DNA of 10,772 nucleotides from Azolla caroliniana (taxonomy: Eukaryota > Plantae > Polypodiophyta): positions 1-10,772 of the forward strand of contig JBHGNT010001230.1 of assembly GCA_043228905.1 (NCBI GenBank), written 5' to 3'. Position 1 is the first letter of the stretch. The number at the start of each line of letters is the position of its first letter. Made by a program: the position numbers and the translations under genes. Below, piece by piece: positions 1-7,199 of the stretch. The notes beneath the pieces were generated by a model, which saw only the letters and a program-made list of their open reading frames with translations, did no database searches and was not told the origin of the DNA.

Positions 1-1506
1 ATCGGGATTGAACTCGAAGATGATGACGGTGCGAACGGCCTTACTGAGGATTGGGCTAAAGTCGAAAGGGTATGCCGAAGACATGATGAAAGGAAGCTGA
101 GAATCTTGTCAACAACGACATGGCCCATGAAGGATGGTCGATTGAGGAAAAACGATGAAGCCAATATGAAGGCCGAAATACAACATGATGGTACCACGGG
201 AGAAAGAGTGGAACAAGACACCCACTCGTCTTGTGAAAGAACGATGGCGAAGGATAAGGCCGATAATTCAAGTGTAGAAGGAAATTTCGGGATACAAGTG
301 CCCGAGACATCGGGTCAAAAAGGGGTAAGCATAATAGATGTTTGCATAATTGATGCAGATAAAGAGTGTGAAGCGGATGTGATTAAGGAGGTAGCCACAA
401 AAGACGAAATCGAATCGGAGGTGGCTATGGACGAATCAATGGCGGATTGCCATATCGAGACTTCCCCACCACTGATTCCAGAGACTCCGGCGGTTGCAAT
501 CGAAAGGCAACGTGAGACCGAAGAGACGGAAGGTGGCGGAGAGAAAACGAATGTCGAAGCCGACGAATACGATGAAGAGATAGCCGAGAAGAATGCTAAG
601 GGTGAAACTACGAAAGAAGGTAATACCGAGGATTCATGCCAACAATATCTAGAGACTTCGGCGGTTGTGTCCGAGAACCAACGTGAGACCGGAGAGACGG
701 GAGGTGGCGGCGAGGAAGGTAAAGTCGGAAGTCGGTTCGGATGGAAAATGATCCATCCGAAATTCCAATCTAAAAGAAAGTGCGACAATGCGGAGGTCGG
801 GTCTACGACGGGAGAAGCGCGTAATACAGAGCACGCTCTACGGCGAATAAAGAAACGCGTGTTATGGCGAATAAAGAAGCACGCGCTACGGCGAGAAAAG
901 AAGCATGCATTACAACCACACGAGGACCGAACAACGAGCACATATCGGAGGACCTACGTGGCGAACAACGGAAAGAAGTGCCGAAAGTCGAACCGGACAA
1001 GGCAGGTGAAAACGAAGAAAAGAAAGCAAATCCGGACGAAAAGAAAAGAAAAGAAACCGACCCGAAAGAGCACTGAATCGGTAAAAACCGATCAACCGAG
1101 TCCGGATCGACCGAATACAAATCGGAAAGGAAGCCGAACTAAACGAAAGACGATCCGACGAGACCGAATCGGAAGTAAGCTAATCCGACTAAACCGAAAA
1201 TCCGAAAAGAAGTCGAGATTGATGAAGAAAAGAAAGAGGGCAAGAAAAGATACTACCGCGGATGACAAGGACCAAGCGGGCCATGCAAAAAGCGAACGAA
1301 GACTATGGTGGATCGGATGGCGACAATGGTTCGGGTGGAAAGAATGGATGTGCTCCAAATGGAGAGACAAAGTCAACATAACAAGAGAAGTCGAGGGTAC
1401 TACGAGCCGGCAACGAAACCAATCGGGTAGAGACCGGACGGAGGAGACTAACAAACACCAACAACTTCGGCACATACCGGAGGATGTGCGGGTTTGGAGG
1501 GGGTGA
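1..1506 (+). CDS. 5'-partial ORF of element A (at least 501 codons): probable gag C-terminal part, then acidic and K/R-rich low-complexity regions
   Basis: Frame 1 is open from base 1 (IGIELEDDDGANGLTEDWAKVERVCRRHD...) to TGA at 1504-1506, so the ORF track start at 106 is not the true start. No PR (DSG), RT (Y/FxDD), RH or IN motifs are present. The gag assignment of the first ~35 aa is a from-memory resemblance only. Confidence 0.55.
   Translation: MGIELEDDDGANGLTEDWAKVERVCRRHDERKLRILSTTTWPMKDGRLRKNDEANMKAEIQHDGTTGERVEQDTHSSCERTMAKDKADNSSVEGNFGIQVPETSGQKGVSIIDVCIIDADKECEADVIKEVATKDEIESEVAMDESMADCHIETSPPLIPETPAVAIERQRETEETEGGGEKTNVEADEYDEEIAEKNAKGETTKEGNTEDSCQQYLETSAVVSENQRETGETGGGGEEGKVGSRFGWKMIHPKFQSKRKCDNAEVGSTTGEARNTEHALRRIKKRVLWRIKKHALRREKKHALQPHEDRTTSTYRRTYVANNGKKCRKSNRTRQVKTKKRKQIRTKRKEKKPTRKSTESVKTDQPSPDRPNTNRKGSRTKRKTIRRDRIGSKLIRLNRKSEKKSRLMKKRKRARKDTTADDKDQAGHAKSERRLWWIGWRQWFGWKEWMCSKWRDKVNITREVEGTTSRQRNQSGRDRTEETNKHQQLRHIPEDVRVWRG
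480..714 (+). repeat. Imperfect ~64-bp in-frame direct repeat (480-543 and 651-714)
   Basis: AGAGACTCCGGCGGTTG...CAACGTGAGACCGAAGAGACGGAAGGTGGCGG vs AGAGACTTCGGCGGTTG...CAACGTGAGACCGGAGAGACGGGAGGTGGCGG, offset 171 nt. Confidence 0.9.
829..913 (+). repeat. 24-bp tandem repeat, ~3.5 copies (KHALRRIK-like)
   Basis: Units at 829-852, 853-876, 877-900 and a partial unit at 901-913, consensus AAGCACGCGCTACGGCGAATAAAG. Confidence 0.9.
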
Positions 1507-1507
1507 G
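1496..1507 (+). other. Polypurine tract of element A
   Basis: GGAGGGGGTGAG directly before the TGT LTR start. Confidence 0.75.
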
Positions 1508-1603
1508 TGTCGTAGTGTATTTTGTACACTACGTGAAAAACGTATATAGTATTAGATTCAATAAAAAATGAAGAAATAGAAGAAAATAGCAAAATAAATG
1601 GAA

Positions 1604-1677
1604 CATGCATAGGGCAAGATTCGAACCTTGCACCTCCATGTTAATAATGTAATGTCTTACCATTACACTAGCATTTC
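1604..1677 (-). pseudogene. tRNA-derived sequence (Pol III type-2 promoter module) inside LTR A
   Basis: A box TAGTGTAATGG (1670-1660) and B box GGTTCGAATC (1627-1618) at tRNA spacing, a GCAAG/CTTGC T-arm-like stem, and TTTT at 1594-1591. The acceptor and anticodon stems do not pair. Confidence 0.7.
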
Positions 1678-1735
1678 ATTAGTGTTAAAGCATAGATGTC
1701 CCACATAGAAAGGTAAATTCACGCTAGGATAAACA

Positions 1736-1891
1736 TTAGAAAAACGCATAACAAAAGAAAAAGCTACACATACACATCTAGCGTGCATGATAAAAAACGC
1801 ACAAGTTAGAAAAAAGCATGATCACTTTAGATAAAGCATATAGTCTATCTATAGGAAAAGCATGGGGTCTATAGTTAGAGAAAAAGCATGG
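1736..1891 (+). repeat. Dispersed short motif TAGAAAAA(C)GCAT, ~5-6 degenerate copies in LTR A
   Basis: ttagaaaaacgcat, ttagaaaaaagcatg, ttagataaagcat, taggaaaagcatgg, ttagagaaaaagcatgg. Confidence 0.65.
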
Positions 1892-2000
1892 ATTACTAAG
1901 ACTTCCTCATCACTACATAAGGATGGGGAGCACAATGTAATTGTGTGTGAAAAATATTTGGAAACTGGATATGTTTCTAAAAAACACCAATTAATAAACT

Positions 2001-2148
2001 ATACTCGTGGGATTCACGAGAATTCTATATCATTCTCTTTCAACCGAAGTTTATATTCTTATATTCATATTGATTAATCTAATACAATACACTTGTGGGA
2101 TTCACGAGTTTGCTATAACTCTTTCTTACAACATATTTATATTCTTAT
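2001..2148 (+). repeat. ~88-bp-period duplication in LTR A, each unit starting with a CTCGTG-GGATT-CACGAG hairpin
   Basis: Hairpins at 2004-2020 and 2091-2109, both followed by CAAC..TTTATATTCTTAT. Confidence 0.8.
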
Positions 2149-2235
2149 TAGCCTTAAAACTCTCCTCTTCCTAGTCCAAAACCCCAGCGGTTCCCACCCG
2201 ACTCACGCAACGATCTGGCGCCGAAAGGCACGACA

Positions 2236-4040
2236 ACGGTGACTTGATGAGAGGATCCCTCTAAAAAATGCCTCCATTGCATAAACGAGTCCACTATTGC
2301 CAATAGCTCCTTATCATGAATTTCATAATTGATTTCGGCGGCGTCAAACTTGCGTGAGTGAAAAGCCATAGGATGTAGCTTCTCATCATGACCCCGTTGT
2401 GACAGAATGCTCCCCAATGCGAAATCCGATGCGCCAGCTTCGATAATGAATGGTTGTTCCGGATCGACATGAGCTAGAATTGGAGCCGATGTAAATGCCT
2501 TTTTAAGACTCTCGAAAGCCATATCTACTTCTTTAGACCAAATAAACGATTATCCCTTCCTGGTAAGCTGTGTGAGAGGCAGAACGAGCTTTGAGTAATC
2601 TTGTATAAACTTCCGATAAAAATTGGCAAAGCCTAAAAAGCATTGCACATCCCGCACCGAGCGCGGAGCCTACCATTCTACCACCGTCTTGACCTTAGCT
2701 GGGTCCATGGATATGCCTTCTGATGAAATGAGGTAACCGAGAAATTCCACCTGGTTGCACCCGAAACTACATTTTTCTAGCTTTGCGTAAAGACCATGTT
2801 CTCGAAGTCGCTTTAGTACTAACAGTACATGAGAATCATGCTCTTCTTCGGTCTTTGAATAAACCAGTAGATCATCCAAGTAGATGATCAGACACACATC
2901 CAAGAGATCTCGGAATATATCATTTGCCATGTGCTGGAAGACTGTTGGCGCATTAGTGAGGCCGAACAGCATGACCGTATACTCGAAGTGCCCATATCTA
3001 GTGTGGAACGCGGTCTTCCATTCATCTCCTGGTCGGATACGTACAAGGTTATAGGCCCCCCGTAAGTTGATCTTTGTGAAGAACCTGGCACCATTGATCC
3101 GTTCTAAAAGACTTGAGATAAGGGGAAGTGCATACCTATTGCGGATTGTAACTTTATTCAAGCCACGGTAATCTACCACCAGACGAAGTGAGCCATCCTT
3201 TTTCTTGACGAAGAAAATGGGTGCGTCGGCTGGAGATTTCGAATGTCGAATGAATCCATTCTCCAAATTCTCCTCTATATAGGCTCGAAGGACTTCTAGC
3301 TCGGTTGGTGACAAATTGTAGATCGGTCCCCATGGTGGCTCTTTCCCCGGTTGTAAATCGATGGGGCAATCATATGGTTGATGGTGAGGAAGTGTATTGG
3401 CTCGTACTTTATCGAATACATCGGCATAATGATGATACTTCTTTGGAAGCTGAATGGTGGACTCCTTTCTAATGGTGTCGGAGAGTTTTAGTGATATTGC
3501 GAAGAGAAACATTTCTTCCTTGCGTCCTTCTTCCCACAACTGATGTAGTGAAATGGTGGCAATCTTCTGAGTAGATACTTGGGTTTGTCGACACTGGATT
3601 TCTCTTGTTCTCCAATGTATGTCTGGGTTATGTAACTCAAACCATGGTAATCCCAAAACGATGGGATGTTCTGGGATACTAATAATGTTAAATGATACTA
3701 CACATGCTAAGTTATCTAGGACAATATTAACGGGTTCTGACTCTTCTAAGATATTTCCGGAAGCAATGGGACGACCATCAATGACGACTACAAAGGCTAG
3801 ACACGGGAGTTTTCTAAGAGATATCTGATGAACTTGGGCAAAATTCCTATCCATAAAGCAAGAATTAGCTCCGGAGTCTAGAAGTGCTAAGACATGTACT
3901 GGAGGGGTACTTTTAGTACTAACTGTTACTTGGGCTACGAACACATTGCTAACTTGCTTAGAGGGAATGGAACCACTAATGGGTTGCACAGATCTACGAC
4001 TGTCCAACCAAACGGCTCCTATTTTGGCTGGACTTAGTCG
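2236..4040 (-). pseudogene. pol: pol of element B (protease, reverse transcriptase, partial RNase H)
   Basis: LLDSGA (3870-3878), YLDD (2871-2882) and NYEIHDKELLAIV in one frame with two nonsense codons (EW* at 2670-2672 and RKG*). Catalytic-position substitutions are KINL (D>N) and EAGAS (D>G). It is truncated at HQVTV by element A. Confidence 0.95.
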
Positions 4041-4046
4041 TTTAAC
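3969..4046 (-). promoter_or_regulatory. Programmed -1 ribosomal frameshift signal (slippery heptamer plus H-type pseudoknot)
   Basis: G_TTA_AAC (4046-4040) in gag phase, a 6-nt spacer, then an 11-bp stem GTCCAGCCAAA/TTTGGTTGGAC (4033-4023/4012-4002). Loop GGAGCCG can pair with TGGTTCC (3975-3969). The -1 frame reads RLSPAKIGAVWLDSRR into pol. Confidence 0.85.
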
Positions 4047-5151
4047 CCTTCTTCTAACTGACTAAGGACATCAAATTTGTTCGCTAGATCTAGGCTATTA
4101 GTACTATTAGTACTATCAGATATCCCTACTGTAATAGGCTCGGGTTTAGTACAATTAGAACTAACAACTATTTGGTTTACCTGTCTTCTTGGCCTATGGG
4201 GACAATTTATTGCAATGTGTCCTGGTCCACTACAATAGAGACATAGTCGATTTGTTCGGCGTTGCTGCTTTTCTTCTTCGGATAATGGCCCTCGATGACG
4301 TGTAGTGTCAATCTCCATCGGAGTCGGAATATTCAATGGAGGCGCATTATAGTACTCCCTCGGTAAAGGTTTTGCTACCATTGAGGCATAGGTGGGCTCT
4401 AATCTTGCCCTTGGCATCTGTAGCTGTCGTTCCGAACGTCGCTCAAAGAGGCGGTTATCACATCTCACCGCGCGACTGATTGCTTCTGTTAAGGACTTTG
4501 GCTCTTCAAGGAAAGTCAAGAGTAAATCCTTGACATCGTTGCGTAAACCATAACGAAATTGCTCCATCAACGCTTGATCATCCCAAGGGATGTCAGTGGC
4601 GAGTAGGCGGAAATCTGCAGCGTATGCAGAGGCTGGACGGTCTCCTTGGCGTAATCACCGGATTTTGTTGATTGCGGTCCTTATGCTGTCAGTATCCCCA
4701 AAGCATGCTTTAAACTCACCTATAAACTCTTCAAAGTTGTTGAGTAATGGAGACTCCTTTTCCAACAGTGGAGCGAACCATGCCAACGCTGAGCCACTTA
4801 ACAACGTCCCTACTAAACCCACTCGTGATGCATCGGTAGGATATCGGGAAGGATTCATTTGAATAACTAATCGTACCTGATTAAGGAACCCTCTAAATTG
4901 CGATCGTGTTCCATCGAACTTCGTGGGAAGGCCAATCTTGGGTTCCTTATAATAAGGGTGCTGATCCACCCGACCACCCCCGAGCGAAGGGATCAAGACA
5001 GACTCAAACCTCGATCAGCGTCCCATACCACTGTCGTGGCGTCGAGTCGCACTTGGTGCTGGCGCACTCGCTACTGTCAAGATTCGAACTCTTTCAAGCA
5101 TTGAAACTTCGAGAAAACAGATTGATATTCCTAAGCGCTAACTATGGCCAT
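4034..5151 (-). pseudogene. gag: gag of element B
   Basis: ATG at 5151 and zinc knuckle CLYCSGPGHIAINC. ORFs 4655-4996 and 4034-4570 are in the same frame, split by a CGA>TGA-type stop. There are two further stops and one frameshift near 5115. Confidence 0.9.
4954..5074 (-). repeat. 121-bp structured CpG-rich module, copy 1 (inside gag of B)
   Basis: Ungapped match to 9902-10022, 101/121 identical by manual count. Confidence 0.95.
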
Positions 5152-5208
5152 GGGATGAAAAGAAAAGAGGAATAAGTGATTAGTATGAAGAGAGAGAGAC
5201 AGAAGGAA

Positions 5209-5222
5209 AATTTGGTTCAAAC
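5209..5222 (-). other. Non-tRNA primer binding site of element B (probable self-priming)
   Basis: The LTR end TGACA is followed by GTTTGAACCAAATT with no TGG. TTGAACCAA is complementary to TTGGTTCAA at 5485-5477, near the predicted transcript 5' end. Confidence 0.75.
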
Positions 5223-5231
5223 TGTCAGGAA

Positions 5232-5309
5232 TAGTACTAAACAGAGAGAGGATTAGTACTAAACAAAGAGAGAATTAGTACTAGAGAAGGGAAGTACTAT
5301 CAGTACTAA
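5232..5309. repeat. AGTACT palindrome repeated five times in U5 of LTR B, first three with 22-bp period
   Basis: AGTACT at 5233, 5255, 5277, 5293 and 5302. Confidence 0.85.
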
Positions 5310-5376
5310 GAGGATGGGATTGCGTAAGACTCCTCAAGAGAGGAAGAGAGAAGAGGAAAGAGAGAGAGATAGCGAG

Positions 5377-5379
<3 letters not shown>

Positions 5380-5413
<34 letters not shown>
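5380..5413. repeat. (GA)17 microsatellite within LTR B
   Basis: Direct reading of the sequence. Confidence 0.97.
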
Positions 5414-5417
<4 letters not shown>

Positions 5418-5514
5418 GATAACATATTATATATTATAAGAGAAGTACAAAAGGGCTATGAGGCTAAAGACTGGCGTTGAACCAATTTGGTTCAACATAA
5501 TGCGTAGTGCCCTC

Positions 5515-5575
5515 TTTTATAGTGTTCTCAAGAGTGATCCTGAAGCTTCTCGAATATTCCAGAGAAATCTGGAAT
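5515..5575 (-). promoter_or_regulatory. LTR B promoter: TATA box plus heat-shock element array
   Basis: TATAAAA at 5521-5515. On the + strand, GAA(5542)-TTC(5547)-GAA(5552)-TTC(5557)-GAg-aTC-GAA(5572) lie in 5-bp phase. Confidence 0.75.
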
Positions 5576-5630
5576 ATACATTAATTTCCTATAATAAAAT
5601 GTAAATGAAAATAATATCCTACGTATTACA

Positions 5631-5700
5631 ATAGATGATATAATGGTCAAGAGCTCGACCCATATAACCTAAGGTCATGGGTTCGAGTCTTGCCATATCA
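5631..5700 (+). pseudogene. tRNA-derived A-box/B-box module in stub C
   Basis: A-box-like TGATATAATGG (5636-5646), variable-loop-like AAGGTC and B box GGTTCGAGTC (5680-5689). It aligns with the module at 1604-1677. Confidence 0.7.
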
Positions 5701-5705
5701 TGACA
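5631..5705 (-). mobile_element. Element C: 75-bp terminal stub of another LTR, inserted in pol of D and interrupted by B
   Basis: The D pol frame stops at ...ELKDL and foreign sequence begins TGTCATG at 5705 on the - strand. Orientation is inferred by analogy with LTR A. Confidence 0.6.
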
Positions 5706-7128
5706 ACAGGTCCTTGAGTTCCTTAAAGGCAAGGTCTAGTGTAGCATTCCACACAATAGGTTTTGTAGACTTACGCGTTTGACCTTTTAGAAGATCAGTA
5801 AACGGCGTCGTCAATTGGGAGTAATTACGAAGGGATTTTCGCAAAAACCCGACAAAACCAAGGAATGATCGAACTTCTCGAATATTCCAAATAGTGGGCC
5901 AAAGCTTGATTTTCTCGATGCGAGAAGGATCAATTTCAACTCCTCGTTCGGTTATGAGATGTCCAAGATAAGTAATTGATTTCTTGAAGAACTCACATTT
6001 TGAGATCTTCGCATAAAACTGTTTGTCACGGAATGTTTGTAAAACAAAGCGGACATGTTTAGCATGTTCTTGTAATGTACGGCTATAAATTAAAATATCA
6101 TCCAAGAAAATAACGACAAATTTTTCAAGTTGTTCTCAGAAAATGTCATTCATTTCTTGTTGAAATGTAGCCGGAGCATTGGTTAAACCAAACGGCATAA
6201 CCAAAAACTTATAATGGCCATAGCGCGTACGAAATGCCGTTTTAGGAACATCGTCCTCACTTATACGAATTTGATGGTAGCTAGTACGGAGATCAAGTTT
6301 CGTAAAATACCAAGCTCCTTGGAGATAGTCAATTAGATAATCAGCCTGGGGCAATGGATATGAATTCTTGATCGTCACTTTATTCAAGCGTCAGTAATTA
6401 ATACACATACTCCATGTGCCCTCTTTCTTTTTAACCAAGAGAACTGGTGCACCCCATGGAGATTTACTATAACGTATATAACCCATTCGTAAATAGTCCT
6501 TGAGTTGTTTAGATACCTCATCCTCTTCGGATTGACTTAAGTGATAAAGAGGTATACTTATTGGTGCAACACCAGGTACAATATCTATACGATGGTCTAT
6601 ATTACGTTTAGGAGGTAACCCATCTGGTAGTTCACTTGGAAAATATCACGAAAATCATTTAAGATTTCATGAAGTTGTTGTTGTTCAAAATATGTTAATT
6701 GAACCGAGACATACAATCGAGAGGGATTGTTTTTCTACACATTGAATAAAATGAGTACAATCGTTCAGTACAAATGTCATTGAATGATGAACCCAATCAA
6801 TAGATAAAGAAGAGCTTTTATTATAGAACCAGGGATAACCCAGTATTACATCAGTGGTACAAAGATTCATTACATGGAAGTCTACTTCCTCTATATAAGT
6901 ATCAATACAAAATCCTAATGAATGAATCGCCCCGTTGATGTATTGTACTCTTCCATCAGCCAAGTGCACCGTATAGGTGTGATCACTTACGGTGGGTTGG
7001 ATTCCCCATATTTGAACCAAACGATCATTCACAAAGTTGTGTGAGCTTCCTGAATCAAACAAAAAATCACACGAGAGATCCATTGATATACTCGTTTGCA
7101 CGTAGTAAATCATTGGGACCCAATACAT
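5706..7128 (-). pseudogene. pol: pol of element D (protease, RT, connection), truncated by C
   Basis: [54 protein letters not shown] (6097-6108) and VRSFLGF. Confidence 0.93.
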
Positions 7129-7199
7129 AATGAGGGAAAGAACATTGACAATTACTTAAATGATGTGTATAGACCTGAAGGACATTAGGAATCAGACCT

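Larger units (their letters stand above)
1..2235 (+). mobile_element. Element A: 3' part of a Ty3/gypsy-type LTR retrotransposon, apparently non-autonomous (no pol before the PPT), inserted into RNase H of element B
   Basis: The ORF ends EDVRVWRG* overlapping a purine tract (1496-1507), followed immediately by TGTCGT (1508) ... ACGACA (2235). Element B's RNase H sequence resumes exactly at 2236. Confidence 0.8.
1508..2235 (+). repeat. 3' LTR of element A (728 bp)
   Basis: 6-bp terminal inverted repeat TGTCGT/ACGACA, PPT upstream, interrupted RNase H of B downstream, AATAAA at 1993-1998. Confidence 0.8.
2236..5630 (-). mobile_element. Element B: Ty3/gypsy LTR retrotransposon of Tf1/sushi/Tcn1 (chromovirus-like) type, 5' part, inactivated
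   Basis: LTR-PBS-gag-(-1 frameshift)-PR-RT-RH order. Motifs EPKIGLPTKFDG, TPMEID, CCHC and PxDCPIDLQPG fit this lineage. Integrase and chromodomain lie outside the window, so clade placement is an inference. Confidence 0.92.
5223..5630 (-). repeat. 5' LTR of element B (408 bp)
   Basis: TGTAA (5630) ... TGACA (5223), TATAAAA at 5521-5515, and a 71-nt leader to the gag ATG. Confidence 0.85.

Noticed and set aside
56-1610. Minus-strand ORFs (56-310, 315-941, 803-1120, 1092-1610) and other short antisense ORFs over B and D
   Set aside because: These are shadow ORFs of biased-composition or coding sequence with no recognisable motifs.
1604-1677. Functional tRNA gene (also 5631-5700)
   Set aside because: Acceptor and anticodon stems do not pair. 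Only the promoter boxes and a partial T arm remain.
2215-2235. TGGCGCCG as a PBS, or GCC-GAAA-GGC as hammerhead stem II
   Set aside because: It lies inside the LTR before the terminal CA with no preceding LTR end, and catalytic core nucleotides are absent. At most it is a small U5 hairpin.
2154-2235. C-terminal tail VPFGARSLRESGGNRWGFGLGRGEF of ORF 2154-2522 as part of RNase H
   Set aside because: It is read-through into the antisense strand of inserted LTR A.
4954-5074. Shared module as 5S rRNA (Cassandra-like), given its ~120-nt length, CCAGCAC and a GCACCC end
   Set aside because: Only short scattered matches. There is no colinear GATCCCATCAGAACTC or AGTTAAGC core and no 5S terminal stem.
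5081-5090. B-box-like GTTCGAATC on the - strand next to the shared module
   Set aside because: It lies within gag codons (RVRI), has no convincing A box at suitable spacing, and is not conserved beside copy 2.
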